From sequence record MT135025.1: a DNA stretch of 64,000 bases. One strand, written 5' to 3'. Of this stretch, positions 35,174 to 44,936 are shown in pieces. Below the pieces are notes generated by a model. It was not told the origin of the DNA. It did no database searches and worked only from the letters and a program-made list of their open reading frames with translations. Both the position numbers and the translations under genes were made by a program. Position 1 is the first letter of the stretch. Each line of letters opens with the position of its first letter.

Positions 35174-35457
35174 AATTTTTAGCTAAAGTGAAAGAGTGGC
35201 TGTTCCCTACTATCACGCCACCATCAATTGGTGATAAATTTCGCCAAACCGAGAAAGATTGGGTTGACACTGAACGCGAAGCGACTATAATCGAAGTCAC
35301 CAACGTATCGAAAGACGGGAAATACGTGAAATACGAGTTCACGCAAATTGAAGGTAAGCCTGTTGTGCAGTCGCTTTCACTCAGTAGCTACTCATCAACG
35401 AGCACGTATGAAATCCCGACACAACACCTTTACAGATTATTTGAGAAAGTAGAATGA
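35170..35457 (+). CDS. hypothetical protein, member of local 3-gene family
   Basis: IGDKF...TIIEVTNVSKDGKYVKY. Confidence 0.65.
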   Translation: MKFLAKVKEWLFPTITPPSIGDKFRQTEKDWVDTEREATIIEVTNVSKDGKYVKYEFTQIEGKPVVQSLSLSSYSSTSTYEIPTQHLYRLFEKVE

Positions 35458-35870
35458 CACGAATCAATTGTATGCCGGTTGAAACGCTCTCTGACAAGCA
35501 TTTGCTTGCAGAGTACAAAGAGATAACCAGACCGTTTAACAAGGTTGAGAAGCGCATACAAGCGCATACAATGGGTAATGTGACTATTCCTAGTCATTAC
35601 GTACTTGGTACAGGTCACGAAACGTTCTTTTTTGATAAGTTGCATTATCTTTACGTTCGTTATCGTGACCTTTGTGAAGAGTTATTACATCGTGGCGTGA
35701 ATATCAACGTTGATCAGTTCGATGAGATTTGTGAATGGATTGAACGAACGTTCGTTGACACGCCATATTGGAACTATTGGACACCGCGACCAGAAGACAT
35801 GTATTTGAACATGGCGCGATTAGTAAAGCGTAGCAATTTCGACGCTGCAAAAGAAGAAGCACTAAACTGA
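35454..35870 (+). CDS. denV: pyrimidine dimer DNA glycosylase / endonuclease V
   Basis: MTRIN......LSDKHLLAEYKEITR, YVLGTGHETFFFDKL.YL..RY..L..ELL.RG; 138 aa. Confidence 0.92.
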   Translation: MTRINCMPVETLSDKHLLAEYKEITRPFNKVEKRIQAHTMGNVTIPSHYVLGTGHETFFFDKLHYLYVRYRDLCEELLHRGVNINVDQFDEICEWIERTFVDTPYWNYWTPRPEDMYLNMARLVKRSNFDAAKEEALN

Positions 35871-35880
35871 GGAAATTATT

Positions 35881-36312
35881 ATGGCACTAGCACCCGACCC
35901 TAGAGAAGAGCTACCTGAACGTTTTGACTTCAAGATGCCAGAAGAGCCTAAGACTCGCAAGACGAACTGCAAAGTAACTGAAGAGAAAGACAAGAACATC
36001 TTCAAGATCATCATGTTCTGGTTCTTCTTTGCGATATTTGGTATTGCAGTTGCAGCGTTCTTTGGGGTTTTCAGCAAGATAGAAATTGGGGATCGTTATT
36101 ACCTTCTGCAAGACGTGGGATGGGAACGCTCTCAAAGCGTATTGTTCGGCATTGAAATCACAGACGTGAATTACTCAGCCGAGCGAGTGCGTTACAAGTA
36201 CATCAACTTAGATGCAATAGAAGAGAAAGAAATGGCGTTTAGTGCATTGAAACGCTCATACGTACCCGCTGACAGTGTTGAAATCAATCAAACTATGGAG
36301 AAAACAAAATGA
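35881..36312 (+). CDS. membrane-anchored protein, member of local 3-gene family
   Basis: TM helix then IGDRY...IEITDV....VRYKY. Confidence 0.65.
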   Translation: MALAPDPREELPERFDFKMPEEPKTRKTNCKVTEEKDKNIFKIIMFWFFFAIFGIAVAAFFGVFSKIEIGDRYYLLQDVGWERSQSVLFGIEITDVNYSAERVRYKYINLDAIEEKEMAFSALKRSYVPADSVEINQTMEKTK

Positions 36313-36662
36313 CAGCGACAAAATTCGTAGGTTCAATCGTAGCTGTATGGCTTGGTATTATATTTCTCGTAGCCATGAACATCACTGGGTATTCGTTATT
36401 CAAACCAGACATTAAAGTTGGTGACGTATACCAGTCTGTCAAAGAAGCAGAATTCGCCAGTGACTCAGACGAAGTAACGATCATCGAAATCACTGAAATC
36501 AGCAAAGACGGTGATGACGTTCGTTACATTTACAAAATGATAGACAACAAGCCGTATGAAGACGACGATCCATATCAATGGAAAATGAAAAAGCGTTACA
36601 TTTACCGTTACTACGAGAAACTTGATTATGAAAGCAACGCAAAAACAGATCGAACTATGTAA
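36309..36662 (+). CDS. membrane-anchored protein, member of local 3-gene family
   Basis: TM helix then VGDVY...TIIEITEISKDGDDVRY. Confidence 0.65.
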   Translation: MTATKFVGSIVAVWLGIIFLVAMNITGYSLFKPDIKVGDVYQSVKEAEFASDSDEVTIIEITEISKDGDDVRYIYKMIDNKPYEDDDPYQWKMKKRYIYRYYEKLDYESNAKTDRTM

Positions 36663-36852
36663 CTTACTCATTGACAACGGTGCGCCGTTTGAACTAAAAC
36701 ACCCACACGAAGATTCAATTGAAGCTGCTGATCAGTTCATCAAAGCGAATCGTCATTATCTACAGCGTGGTATCGTCAAACACGAGAACTATTATCACAA
36801 AGTAGTTGAGAACGGTTTAATGCCTGAAGACATCGGTGTGTGGAATATGTAA
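36628..36852 (+). CDS. hypothetical protein
   Basis: ORF in series. Confidence 0.55.
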   Translation: MKATQKQIELCNLLIDNGAPFELKHPHEDSIEAADQFIKANRHYLQRGIVKHENYYHKVVENGLMPEDIGVWNM

Positions 36853-36859
36853 AAAGTGG

Positions 36860-36887
36860 TTGCAAAGCCGAATCAGATGCGTATAAT
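36860..36887 (+). promoter_or_regulatory. early promoter
   Basis: AAAAAGTGG-TTGCAA-16 bp-TATAAT. Confidence 0.6.
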
Positions 36888-37126
36888 GAACTCATCAACT
36901 GAAGAGAGAAACATTATGAGCTTTAAAACACGAGTACAAATCTGGCGCGTATCACGAGTCATTGTGATGTTCACTTATAATCTTTCGGTCGCTATCTCGC
37001 GTAGCTTCTAACACACGAGGGATGGTATGCAGTTCACGCTATCCCTAAACGACTTATCACCGATGGGATTCGATGAGTTCAACAAAGCCGTCGATAAAGT
37101 CAGGGAAGAATCAGAGGAAGAAAATT

Positions 37127-37351
37127 ATGAAAGTAGTATACGAAAATGCGACAAAGCACGAGAAAGGTCTGCTTGTTTACTTGCATTTCAATGACGAGAC
37201 TGAATACCGTGTTGGTAAGAACGGTGCTGTTCAGAGTGGTAAGTCGTTTCACGGCAAAGTAAAGCGCGGTGAAAAGGTCTACGCAAACGAACATGTTGTC
37301 TGTCACAAAAGCAACACGCTTGAAGAAGCGAACAAGCGAGTATTCAAATGA
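37127..37351 (+). CDS. hypothetical protein
   Basis: GAGG SD before ATG 37127. Confidence 0.6.
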   Translation: MKVVYENATKHEKGLLVYLHFNDETEYRVGKNGAVQSGKSFHGKVKRGEKVYANEHVVCHKSNTLEEANKRVFK

Positions 37352-37731
37352 ACGATAACGAACTAAAAGGCTTACCAACTGACATCGACTTGCTAGAAAC
37401 AGCAATCATGTGCCTAAAGAACAAGCCTTATGATCAGCGACGTTTAGAGCATTTAGCAAATGTCATGTCTCGCGTTCAACCTCAAGTACTCAAGCGAAAA
37501 GCTGAACTTGATTGCTGGGCAGTTAAGCCATTCACGCGAATGGACATGAACAAACTCAAGATTGTACCAACGAACGGCGTATTTTATCAAGATCAGTTGA
37601 TTCACACGTACGATCTAGACGAGCAAGCATTACACATGCTTGATTATTTCAAAGAGAACGACATCAAATCATACGGTGAGTTTCTTGACCATCTTAGCGA
37701 ATTGGAGAATAAAGTATGCACGCAGGTGTAA
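37348..37731 (+). CDS. hypothetical protein
   Basis: ATGA-coupled ORF. Confidence 0.65.
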   Translation: MNDNELKGLPTDIDLLETAIMCLKNKPYDQRRLEHLANVMSRVQPQVLKRKAELDCWAVKPFTRMDMNKLKIVPTNGVFYQDQLIHTYDLDEQALHMLDYFKENDIKSYGEFLDHLSELENKVCTQV

Positions 37732-38696
37732 TTGGCAAGTTCAACAACTATCATCAAGGTCATTTCAAATTGATCAAGTTCGCGCTATCGCTTGCAGACA
37801 AAGTAACTGTTTTGCTTTGCACTGAAGACAGCGATCCGATTCCAGTTGAAACACGCATGAAATGGATGCACCAAGATTTCGGTAATCGTATTCGCATTAG
37901 TGTAATCTGCCCGAGTGATGAAAATCTCTCGAACAAATCAGAGTCTGATCGCGAAGTATCAAAGCAGTGGGCTGCTTTTATCGACGAGCGTTACCCTGAA
38001 ATTGATGCATTCGTTGGTTCTGAGCAATACATCAATTACTGTGCTGAGTACGGTAACTTTGACGGAATCATTTACGATGAAGCGCGAGAAATCACACCTT
38101 GCTCAAGCACTTCGGTTCGCGAGAACGATTCTCACGAGTTCTACAGCCCGAGCGCACAACAAGACCGAGTACGTCGAATTGCATTCATCGGTCCCGAGTC
38201 TTGTGGTAAGTCATGGAACGCAGCATCAATCGCAGCCGCTAACGGTTATGAACTCGTACTCGAAGCAGCACGCGACATCATGAGCGACAATCACTACACT
38301 GAACACGATATTCTTGAGTTCGCGATTGCACAAACTGCACGAATCGAAGCAACCGGTAAAGAAAGTGACACTGTAATCGTTGATTCTTCAGCTATTACGT
38401 CGGCAGTTTACAGTCAGTTTCAATTCAATCAATCATCGGTTCTTCTGAATGCATTAGCTGCTTTTGAAAACATTGATGCTTATGTACTCTTCCGACCAAA
38501 CTGTGAGTTTGTTCAAGATGGTACACGCACACAGACGCAAGAAGACCGCGAACGCTGGTTTGAACTTGCAAAGTCTATGCTTCTTCGATTGAACAAGCCA
38601 TTCTTGATTGTTCAGAAAGGCAATGATTGGGAAGAACGTTTACACGAAACGGCAAGTCATGTTTCACTACTGAGAGATAAAGTAAAATGGGTATAA
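37716..38696 (+). CDS. nadR: NadR-like NMN adenylyltransferase / nicotinamide riboside kinase
   Basis: GKFNNYHQGH (HxGH-like), IPVETRMKW, SSTSVR, P-loop GPESCGKS, FVQDGTR; 326 aa. Confidence 0.88.
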   Translation: MHAGVIGKFNNYHQGHFKLIKFALSLADKVTVLLCTEDSDPIPVETRMKWMHQDFGNRIRISVICPSDENLSNKSESDREVSKQWAAFIDERYPEIDAFVGSEQYINYCAEYGNFDGIIYDEAREITPCSSTSVRENDSHEFYSPSAQQDRVRRIAFIGPESCGKSWNAASIAAANGYELVLEAARDIMSDNHYTEHDILEFAIAQTARIEATGKESDTVIVDSSAITSAVYSQFQFNQSSVLLNALAAFENIDAYVLFRPNCEFVQDGTRTQTQEDRERWFELAKSMLLRLNKPFLIVQKGNDWEERLHETASHVSLLRDKVKWV

Positions 38697-39025
38697 TCTG
38701 GATTTCAAATATTGCGATTGTCGTCGCGACGTTACTTGTGACATTCATCATCAAGTGTGTGTTCATGGTCGACATTGGATGGGAACGTTACTTAGACAAA
38801 CTGCAACGCTTTAAGTACCGTCATTTGTTCACTCGTGAAGTTCATGAATATTTCGAAGACCACAAACACGACGATATGCCATTCTGGTGTTTTTCGTTCA
38901 TCATTCTTGATATAGTCTGTTTGGGAGTATTGTGGTTAATCGCACACTTTGCGCCAGTTGTTGCAGTGGTTGTATTACTGCTTGCTCTAATTCGAATCAT
39001 TGTGATTAAGGTGAAAAAATGTTAG
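38687..39025 (+). CDS. membrane protein, paralog of 39019-39363
   Basis: FKYRHLF...DD...F.ILD flanked by TM segments. Confidence 0.65.
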   Translation: MGIIWISNIAIVVATLLVTFIIKCVFMVDIGWERYLDKLQRFKYRHLFTREVHEYFEDHKHDDMPFWCFSFIILDIVCLGVLWLIAHFAPVVAVVVLLLALIRIIVIKVKKC

Positions 39026-39363
39026 TCAAGACGATTTCTTCAATCCTTCTACTGGCGTGGTTAATCAACTTAGCTATACCAGTAGTTCTATCACTCGGCG
39101 GGTCATTGATCAACTTCATGTTCCGCAGTGACATCCCGTTTGTTAAATGGGCTGAATCATACCAAGAGTTCAAATATGGATGGCTATTTGGGCCATACAT
39201 GGAAGGCGACGATCACGCAATTGCGTTTTTCATGCTTGATTTGATTGTAGGATTCATAGTAACATTAATCAGCTTGTGGCTGATTGAGCAAAGCATCGTC
39301 GTGTGGCTGATTATCGCCATGCCATTCATTGTCCGATTCATTACAGGGTTGATTAAAAAATGA
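39019..39363 (+). CDS. membrane protein, paralog of 38687-39025
   Basis: FKYGWLF...DDHAIAFFMLD flanked by TM segments. Confidence 0.65.
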   Translation: MLVKTISSILLLAWLINLAIPVVLSLGGSLINFMFRSDIPFVKWAESYQEFKYGWLFGPYMEGDDHAIAFFMLDLIVGFIVTLISLWLIEQSIVVWLIIAMPFIVRFITGLIKK

Positions 39364-39626
39364 GTTTAGCAAATTACACCGAGAACGCTCTTCGCGAAGA
39401 ACTACAACGTCGCGAAGCTGAACGCGAACTACTTGGTAGCATTCAAGTAGTACTTGACAAGACACCGGTTCAAGAAGTTGAAACACGACTAGTCAATTTG
39501 GCTAAATCATACCTCGAAGATGAATTGCAAGATCGAGAAATCGACACGCAATATGCATATGAAGAGATTATGATGCTCGTATACGGTAAAGACGTGTTTG
39601 ATAAACTGAATCGTCTTCGTCGCTAA
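39360..39626 (+). CDS. hypothetical protein
   Basis: ATGA-coupled ORF. Confidence 0.65.
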   Translation: MSLANYTENALREELQRREAERELLGSIQVVLDKTPVQEVETRLVNLAKSYLEDELQDREIDTQYAYEEIMMLVYGKDVFDKLNRLRR

Positions 39627-39650
39627 CAATTACTTTGAGAGAAATATATC

Positions 39651-40316
39651 ATGTTTGATTTACTGTTTAACATTAACCACACTGTGTTTTCAATTGGTGA
39701 TTATGCAGTGTCTGGTCTAGAACTCTGGGCAACTCTTACTGGTTTGATTTGTGTCATCATGGCACGAATGAATATGAAGCACAACTTCACAGTCGGCATT
39801 GTGAACTGTATCGGGTTCGCAATTCTGTTCTTCCAGATTCAGTTGTATAGTGACGTGCTCTTGCAGGGGTTCTTCATTGCAATGTCGATCTTCGGCTTCT
39901 ATCAATGGAACAAGCAAGGCACAGATGAAGTCAAAATCCGTTACTTGAAGATGCGTAAATTCGCAGGTTCGATTATAGCGACGTTGATCGGTACTGCGGC
40001 ACTCGCGTACTTCATCGACCCGATTATGAACTTCAGTGGTTCACTGCTTGTTACCGATTACGTACACGCCCCTGCTGAACTCGCTGTGCAAGATGCATTC
40101 ACGACTGTAGCAAGTATCATGGCATTTATGCTCATGATTCAGCGTAAAGTCGAAGCATGGTGGTACTGGGTTGCAGTAAACGTAGTGTGCATTGTGAACT
40201 ACAGCACGCAGGGCGTAATTGTAGTTGCTGCTGAATACTGCATTTTTCTAGCAAACGCGCTTTATGCAATCGTAATCTGGCATAAAGAAGGCATGAAAAA
40301 CGAGGCACAAGCATGA
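39651..40316 (+). CDS. pnuC: nicotinamide riboside transporter PnuC
   Basis: Multi-TM; ELWATLTGLICV, QLYSDVLLQ, DAFTTVASI..ML...RKVEAWWYW..VN; 221 aa. Confidence 0.92.
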   Translation: MFDLLFNINHTVFSIGDYAVSGLELWATLTGLICVIMARMNMKHNFTVGIVNCIGFAILFFQIQLYSDVLLQGFFIAMSIFGFYQWNKQGTDEVKIRYLKMRKFAGSIIATLIGTAALAYFIDPIMNFSGSLLVTDYVHAPAELAVQDAFTTVASIMAFMLMIQRKVEAWWYWVAVNVVCIVNYSTQGVIVVAAEYCIFLANALYAIVIWHKEGMKNEAQA

Positions 40317-40561
40317 GTACATGGGACGAAGTGAAAGACGCTGTAAACGGCGTCTTCAAAACAACTGGTGAATTCACAAAACGATTCCCAGATACTGACG
40401 TTGTAGCAGTTGTCTTTGATAACGCACTACCGCAAGCACTAGACAAAGCGTTGCAGCTTGCATTCATTCACAATCTCGACCGTAACAGCGTTGATTGTCA
40501 AGTCATGTTAAACGGTTACGAGCAACTAAAAACAAAAGGTTGGATTGGCGATGGTTGTTAA
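40313..40561 (+). CDS. hypothetical protein
   Basis: ATGA-coupled ORF. Confidence 0.6.
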   Translation: MSTWDEVKDAVNGVFKTTGEFTKRFPDTDVVAVVFDNALPQALDKALQLAFIHNLDRNSVDCQVMLNGYEQLKTKGWIGDGC

Positions 40562-40838
40562 AGGGTTACCTGTTTATCTAGTCGGCGCACCGTGCATCAT
40601 GATTGATGCGCAAACCAAAGCACCGCTCAACGGCACTGAAGGTGATGTCGAAAAGCAAGTATTGGAAATGCGAAGCTTCTTGAGCAAGCCAAACTGGTGG
40701 CTTGAGAAAGTACTTGAAGAACTCGCTGACGGTGCGATTCAAGAAGGCGCAACTGCCCTGTACTTGTATGACGTTGATCATCACGCAGAAATCCCGGGTA
40801 CTGGTATCATTTACAGAATTCGCGGGGCGTGGGCATGA
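40545..40838 (+). CDS. hypothetical protein
   Basis: ORF in series. Confidence 0.6.
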   Translation: MAMVVKGLPVYLVGAPCIMIDAQTKAPLNGTEGDVEKQVLEMRSFLSKPNWWLEKVLEELADGAIQEGATALYLYDVDHHAEIPGTGIIYRIRGAWA

Positions 40839-41332
40839 CATATCGAAAGTTCAACTTACGTGAGAACTTCGAACACTGTACTGAAGAGCAAATGACTGAT
40901 TTACATTTCGTCTTTGATAAAGTCGAACCTTATTGGCGAGATTGCAAAATGCTAACCGAAGAGCAACGTTTTCGTTTAGCTCAGTGTCATGCAATGGCGG
41001 TTGTTCGAACGTTGAATAACGCGATTATCGACGGCAAGCGTAATCGTATTATGAATCGACTACGACAAGAAGAAGCGGATCGACTATACAATGGCGATCA
41101 ATCAAAGCTATATTTGTACTACCCGCACCACTTAGTTGACGAAGAGTACCCGCTTCGCGCTGAATGGTGGGTTAGCTATTGTGAACAAGATATTGAAAAT
41201 ATCGAAATCGCGCTTCAGAAAAGTCGATATAGTGAAGGGCGCTTTATGAGCCGTGACCGTTATCACCTTGAAACGATGATGGAAGTTTTTGATGTAGTAC
41301 GTGAAAAACTTGAAAGAAGATACTTGATGTAG
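40835..41332 (+). CDS. hypothetical protein
   Basis: ATGA-coupled ORF. Confidence 0.65.
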   Translation: MTYRKFNLRENFEHCTEEQMTDLHFVFDKVEPYWRDCKMLTEEQRFRLAQCHAMAVVRTLNNAIIDGKRNRIMNRLRQEEADRLYNGDQSKLYLYYPHHLVDEEYPLRAEWWVSYCEQDIENIEIALQKSRYSEGRFMSRDRYHLETMMEVFDVVREKLERRYLM

Positions 41333-41371
41333 CGATTTGATTCGTGTATACTCTTAAAAAAGGAGTATCAC

Positions 41372-41566
41372 ATGAACCAAGTACCAGATTTAATCTTCCA
41401 TCTAATGAACGACAATGAAATTATTACAATGTGTTTCATTGTCGCTCTGACATTAATCATAATGCACGCGATTACGTTTAAACAATGCGCTGTGTTATTC
41501 GTTTCATCATTTATTCACGGCATCATGACATTCATTGCCTTGTTCTATACGCCTATGGGAGGCTAA
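41372..41566 (+). CDS. small membrane protein
   Basis: AGGAG SD; two hydrophobic segments. Confidence 0.6.
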   Translation: MNQVPDLIFHLMNDNEIITMCFIVALTLIIMHAITFKQCAVLFVSSFIHGIMTFIALFYTPMGG

Positions 41567-41567
41567 T

Positions 41568-41837
41568 ATGAGCGCACCTAGTACAGCACACTTCTTTACT
41601 GTTCACGAAAACGGTGAACGTGAACACTTAGGTCATATTTTCTGCAACTGTGGTTGGTTCTTTCACGAAGAACATTTCTTAGCAGATATTGCAGACGACA
41701 TCGAACGAAGTGAGATTCTAAACGGCACAATGAAGAAAGGCGTCGAATGGGATTACGTAATTGCATACGGCATGGCATGGTCGAAAGAAACTGTCATGAG
41801 TCATCTACCAGAACTAGCACCAAGACGTGGTGAATAA
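41568..41837 (+). CDS. hypothetical protein
   Basis: GGAGG SD before ATG 41568. Confidence 0.65.
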   Translation: MSAPSTAHFFTVHENGEREHLGHIFCNCGWFFHEEHFLADIADDIERSEILNGTMKKGVEWDYVIAYGMAWSKETVMSHLPELAPRRGE

Positions 41838-42052
41838 TGCTAGATGCAATTCATTACACGATCATCAAGTCACCAATCTTGTTCACTGTAATAGAAGCGT
41901 TTCTTCTTCTATTCACAGCGGGAGCAATTGAGTGGATACCCGAAACAGACGAATCAGAAATTGGAATAGCTGTATGTTTGTTTTTGATCTTTATGTCACT
42001 AATGGTATTCATTGCATACATGTGGTTTTTCTACGAACCATCGTATTTCTAA
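41837..42052 (+). CDS. small membrane protein
   Basis: two hydrophobic segments; TAATG coupling. Confidence 0.6.
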   Translation: MLDAIHYTIIKSPILFTVIEAFLLLFTAGAIEWIPETDESEIGIAVCLFLIFMSLMVFIAYMWFFYEPSYF

Positions 42053-42073
42053 GACGCTTCGGCGTCTTTTTTT
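42051..42073 (+). terminator. intrinsic terminator
   Basis: AAGACGC-TTCG-GCGTCTTTTTTT. Confidence 0.85.
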
Positions 42074-42103
42074 CGGTTTGAAGAAAATAATTGCAAAAAA
42101 CGG

Positions 42104-42132
42104 TTGCATGAAACAACGAATAGACCTAATAT
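42104..42132 (+). promoter_or_regulatory. early promoter
   Basis: TTGCAT-17 bp-TAATAT, AGCTACATCGAAACG leader. Confidence 0.75.
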
Positions 42133-42166
42133 AGCTACATCGAAACGAGATAAGAAAGAGAACATT

Positions 42167-42529
42167 ATGAAAACTCATCTACGCGACAACGCAGTAACAA
42201 GCACAACTCACATCGAACTTGAAATCACAACTGAAGTACTTGGTTGGTTCAATAATGAATTCAATCAAGCTGACGGTTGGGTGATTGTTGCTCTTGATGA
42301 ATTCGAAAAAGGTTTTCTTGAGAATGCATCAATCGATCATTCAAAAGTGTATCGCGTTATGAATGATGACCGTACAAGCTTATGTCGCATCAACGTTGAA
42401 AAAGAAACATATGCGTTTCTTGACAACGCTGAACTAATGGAAACTGGCATGTATAAGTTCGAGCGCCCAGCGAAATACCGCTCACTTTACATTGACAGCA
42501 AAAACGAACTATTCAATCAAGGGAAATAA
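42167..42529 (+). CDS. hypothetical early protein
   Basis: GAGAACATTATG start context. Confidence 0.7.
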   Translation: MKTHLRDNAVTSTTHIELEITTEVLGWFNNEFNQADGWVIVALDEFEKGFLENASIDHSKVYRVMNDDRTSLCRINVEKETYAFLDNAELMETGMYKFERPAKYRSLYIDSKNELFNQGK

Positions 42530-42530
42530 T

Positions 42531-42761
42531 ATGTTGAAACTAACTGTATTTGATGTTGAACAAGTTGTTCAAGTCGGTATGCCAATTCGTGTGCAAAACA
42601 TTCGCACTGAACGAGTTTTCACAACTCACGTCGGGTTGATTCGCGGCACATGCGTTGCAGTATTCGAAGATGATGCCATTTATGTATTCTCTTCAGATAG
42701 TCGCAAAGACGATACTGAAATGTATCAACTAGCAGACAACGCAACACTTACTTTTCACTAA
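42531..42761 (+). CDS. hypothetical protein
   Basis: AAGGGA SD. Confidence 0.6.
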   Translation: MLKLTVFDVEQVVQVGMPIRVQNIRTERVFTTHVGLIRGTCVAVFEDDAIYVFSSDSRKDDTEMYQLADNATLTFH

Positions 42762-42772
42762 GAGGACACATC

Positions 42773-43012
42773 ATGTTTGGTATTTTTGATAGCGTAGTAG
42801 ACAGCGTATCGCGCACAGTAGATGATTTCATCGACGATCCAGTTGGTCAGACTGTGTATCATGCAACTTCACCTATTCGTGACGCTGCTGAGATTATCGA
42901 CGGTCTAACTGAAGGCGAGATCAGAGGCATGGCTGTAGCTCGGCTAGGCGCAGATGTAGCGGCTGGCATGGCAATTTCTGAAATCATCGAAGTACTTGAG
43001 TTAGGAGAATAA
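42773..43012 (+). CDS. conserved phage hypothetical protein
   Basis: MFGIFD...D.PVG..V..AT.P..D..E..DGL.EGE pattern. Confidence 0.65.
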   Translation: MFGIFDSVVDSVSRTVDDFIDDPVGQTVYHATSPIRDAAEIIDGLTEGEIRGMAVARLGADVAAGMAISEIIEVLELGE

Positions 43013-43013
43013 T

Positions 43014-43280
43014 ATGAAACAAAGTATCTGGCTACCGCACGTTTCGTTAACTTACTTTCATGCATTCTTAGTATTGGTTAACTTGTGGACTGCTTCGACA
43101 ATCTACGAATACGCTGTTCCAATGCTAATCGGTCTAATCCCTGGCATAGGTATCGGCATGAGCGTCACCCTTGTAGTATATCAATGGGAAAAGAACTCAG
43201 AAACGTTTGTTGCAGACGTTAAAAAGCCAATTCAATTACTTCTTACCAAGATTCGCGGTAAGATTGGTAAGCAATCATGA
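43014..43280 (+). CDS. small membrane protein
   Basis: two hydrophobic segments; GGAG SD. Confidence 0.6.
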   Translation: MKQSIWLPHVSLTYFHAFLVLVNLWTASTIYEYAVPMLIGLIPGIGIGMSVTLVVYQWEKNSETFVADVKKPIQLLLTKIRGKIGKQS

Positions 43281-43430
43281 AAGCAGTATTCACACTATCT
43301 CGAATAGTAGCAATCTATGCAGCGGGTGTAATGACGCCTGCTCTATACGCAAGCAATCCGTGGACAGTTATCGCACCAGCTATGGTAGTTATCGGATTTG
43401 GAATTTCACTAATCTCGGATGTAGTATCAA

Positions 43431-44168
43431 ATGAAAAAAGCTAAAATCACAGCACAAGTCGGTATGATGTCTCTTTGTGGTGTATCAGGTTCATTTCCAT
43501 TCTCACACGGTAATTACTGTAGCAACACACAAGGCTATTACTTTGTCAATCTATGGGCAGAGAATCTTAAACATCTAGTAGCTAACGATTACTTGCCTGA
43601 CGGGCAAATCGAAGTGCTACTGTTTAGAGACAATAAGCGCCAGAACTACGTTTATGCCTATGTTATTGACGAGCGTGTGCCGAAAGAAGCACTCCACGCG
43701 CCATACTTCTGTGGTATTGCGACCTCAGTTGAGATCATGCGCTACCATCATCAAACACCAGACGATAAATGTCTATGCTATTCTGAAGACTACAGATTGC
43801 TTAGTATGCGTTCGCAAGACATGAAAGGTCGTTCAGTACGTCATTGCCCTGAGTGTGACACTCGCTACACGATTCAGCTACCAAGGCGCAACGATGTCTT
43901 TCGTGTTCAGACGTTCTCCGAGGATGGTTGGCACAAGTGGAATCTGTTCTATCACAAAGACGGTGTTTTCTACACAATTCCCGAAAACGAGCCGGTGCCT
44001 GCCGAAGACATCATCAAGGTCGACGCGAAACCTGTCAATAACTTCGGTACTGGCGAAGAACAGCAAGCGGCAATCTCGCTTGAAGAGTTCAACTTCAGCG
44101 GCGTTGTTGAGAAAGCTGTCCCGAAAATCGAGAATGGTCAGACTCGATATGAAGTTGTACAAAAATAG
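43431..44168 (+). CDS. hypothetical protein with CxxC
   Basis: 245 aa ORF; CPECD. Confidence 0.7.
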   Translation: MKKAKITAQVGMMSLCGVSGSFPFSHGNYCSNTQGYYFVNLWAENLKHLVANDYLPDGQIEVLLFRDNKRQNYVYAYVIDERVPKEALHAPYFCGIATSVEIMRYHHQTPDDKCLCYSEDYRLLSMRSQDMKGRSVRHCPECDTRYTIQLPRRNDVFRVQTFSEDGWHKWNLFYHKDGVFYTIPENEPVPAEDIIKVDAKPVNNFGTGEEQQAAISLEEFNFSGVVEKAVPKIENGQTRYEVVQK

Positions 44169-44242
44169 TACAAAAAATCGGCGTTCCTGCGGAGCTGAGT
44201 GTCTGGCGACACTGTATCAGCTCCTTGGGTATTGAGGTACTT

Positions 44243-44560
44243 ATGGTATTCACTGAAGAGCAGCTTGATCAAATCGAGCACAACTACTCGCATATTGATA
44301 CTGTCAATCTTGCAGATAGAAAGGGCGTGCCACAAGCGAAGTATGTCATAGAGATACGACAAGGCACGTATACTAAATTCAAAACATCTTGGTTAAGTCA
44401 AGATTCATGCGAAGAACTAGATATTGACCCAGAGCTAGTCGGCTACTGGATTCTATCTCACGAAATCGACCCTTATTGGTACTCAGTTCAAGAATGTTTG
44501 AAAGAGTATGAATGGGAACGAGCGCACGAAGTAACAGTCACAACATGGGAAGCAATTTAA
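44243..44560 (+). CDS. hypothetical protein
   Basis: GAGG SD before ATG 44243. Confidence 0.6.
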   Translation: MVFTEEQLDQIEHNYSHIDTVNLADRKGVPQAKYVIEIRQGTYTKFKTSWLSQDSCEELDIDPELVGYWILSHEIDPYWYSVQECLKEYEWERAHEVTVTTWEAI

Positions 44561-44934
44561 TGAGCACAAATTCAAGCATTAGCATTACACAAGAAAACGG
44601 TCATGTTCGTTCAATCTACTGTCATTGGGATGGTGGTATGTGGACGGGTGGCGTAGCTGAAACCCTGATTGAGAACTATCGCACCGAAGCTGAAGTCAAT
44701 GCACTGATCGACCAAGGTGGATGTAGCTCACTTGGCGGTACAATCGAAGATAGCGTTTTCTACGCACGTGACCGCGGTGAAGAACTCGAAATCTACATCG
44801 ACAACATCCCCGAGCAAGAATACAACTACATGTTTAAAGACGGAAAATGGTTTGTATGTTGTCCGGAAACGAATTGGGAAGATGTCGTTCTAACAAATGA
44901 ACTTCGTGTTGAACTTGAAAACTATGAAGAGTAG
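44560..44934 (+). CDS. conserved phage hypothetical protein
   Basis: ST.S.I....G.V.SIYCHWDG family pattern. Confidence 0.7.
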   Translation: MSTNSSISITQENGHVRSIYCHWDGGMWTGGVAETLIENYRTEAEVNALIDQGGCSSLGGTIEDSVFYARDRGEELEIYIDNIPEQEYNYMFKDGKWFVCCPETNWEDVVLTNELRVELENYEE

Positions 44935-44936
44935 CC

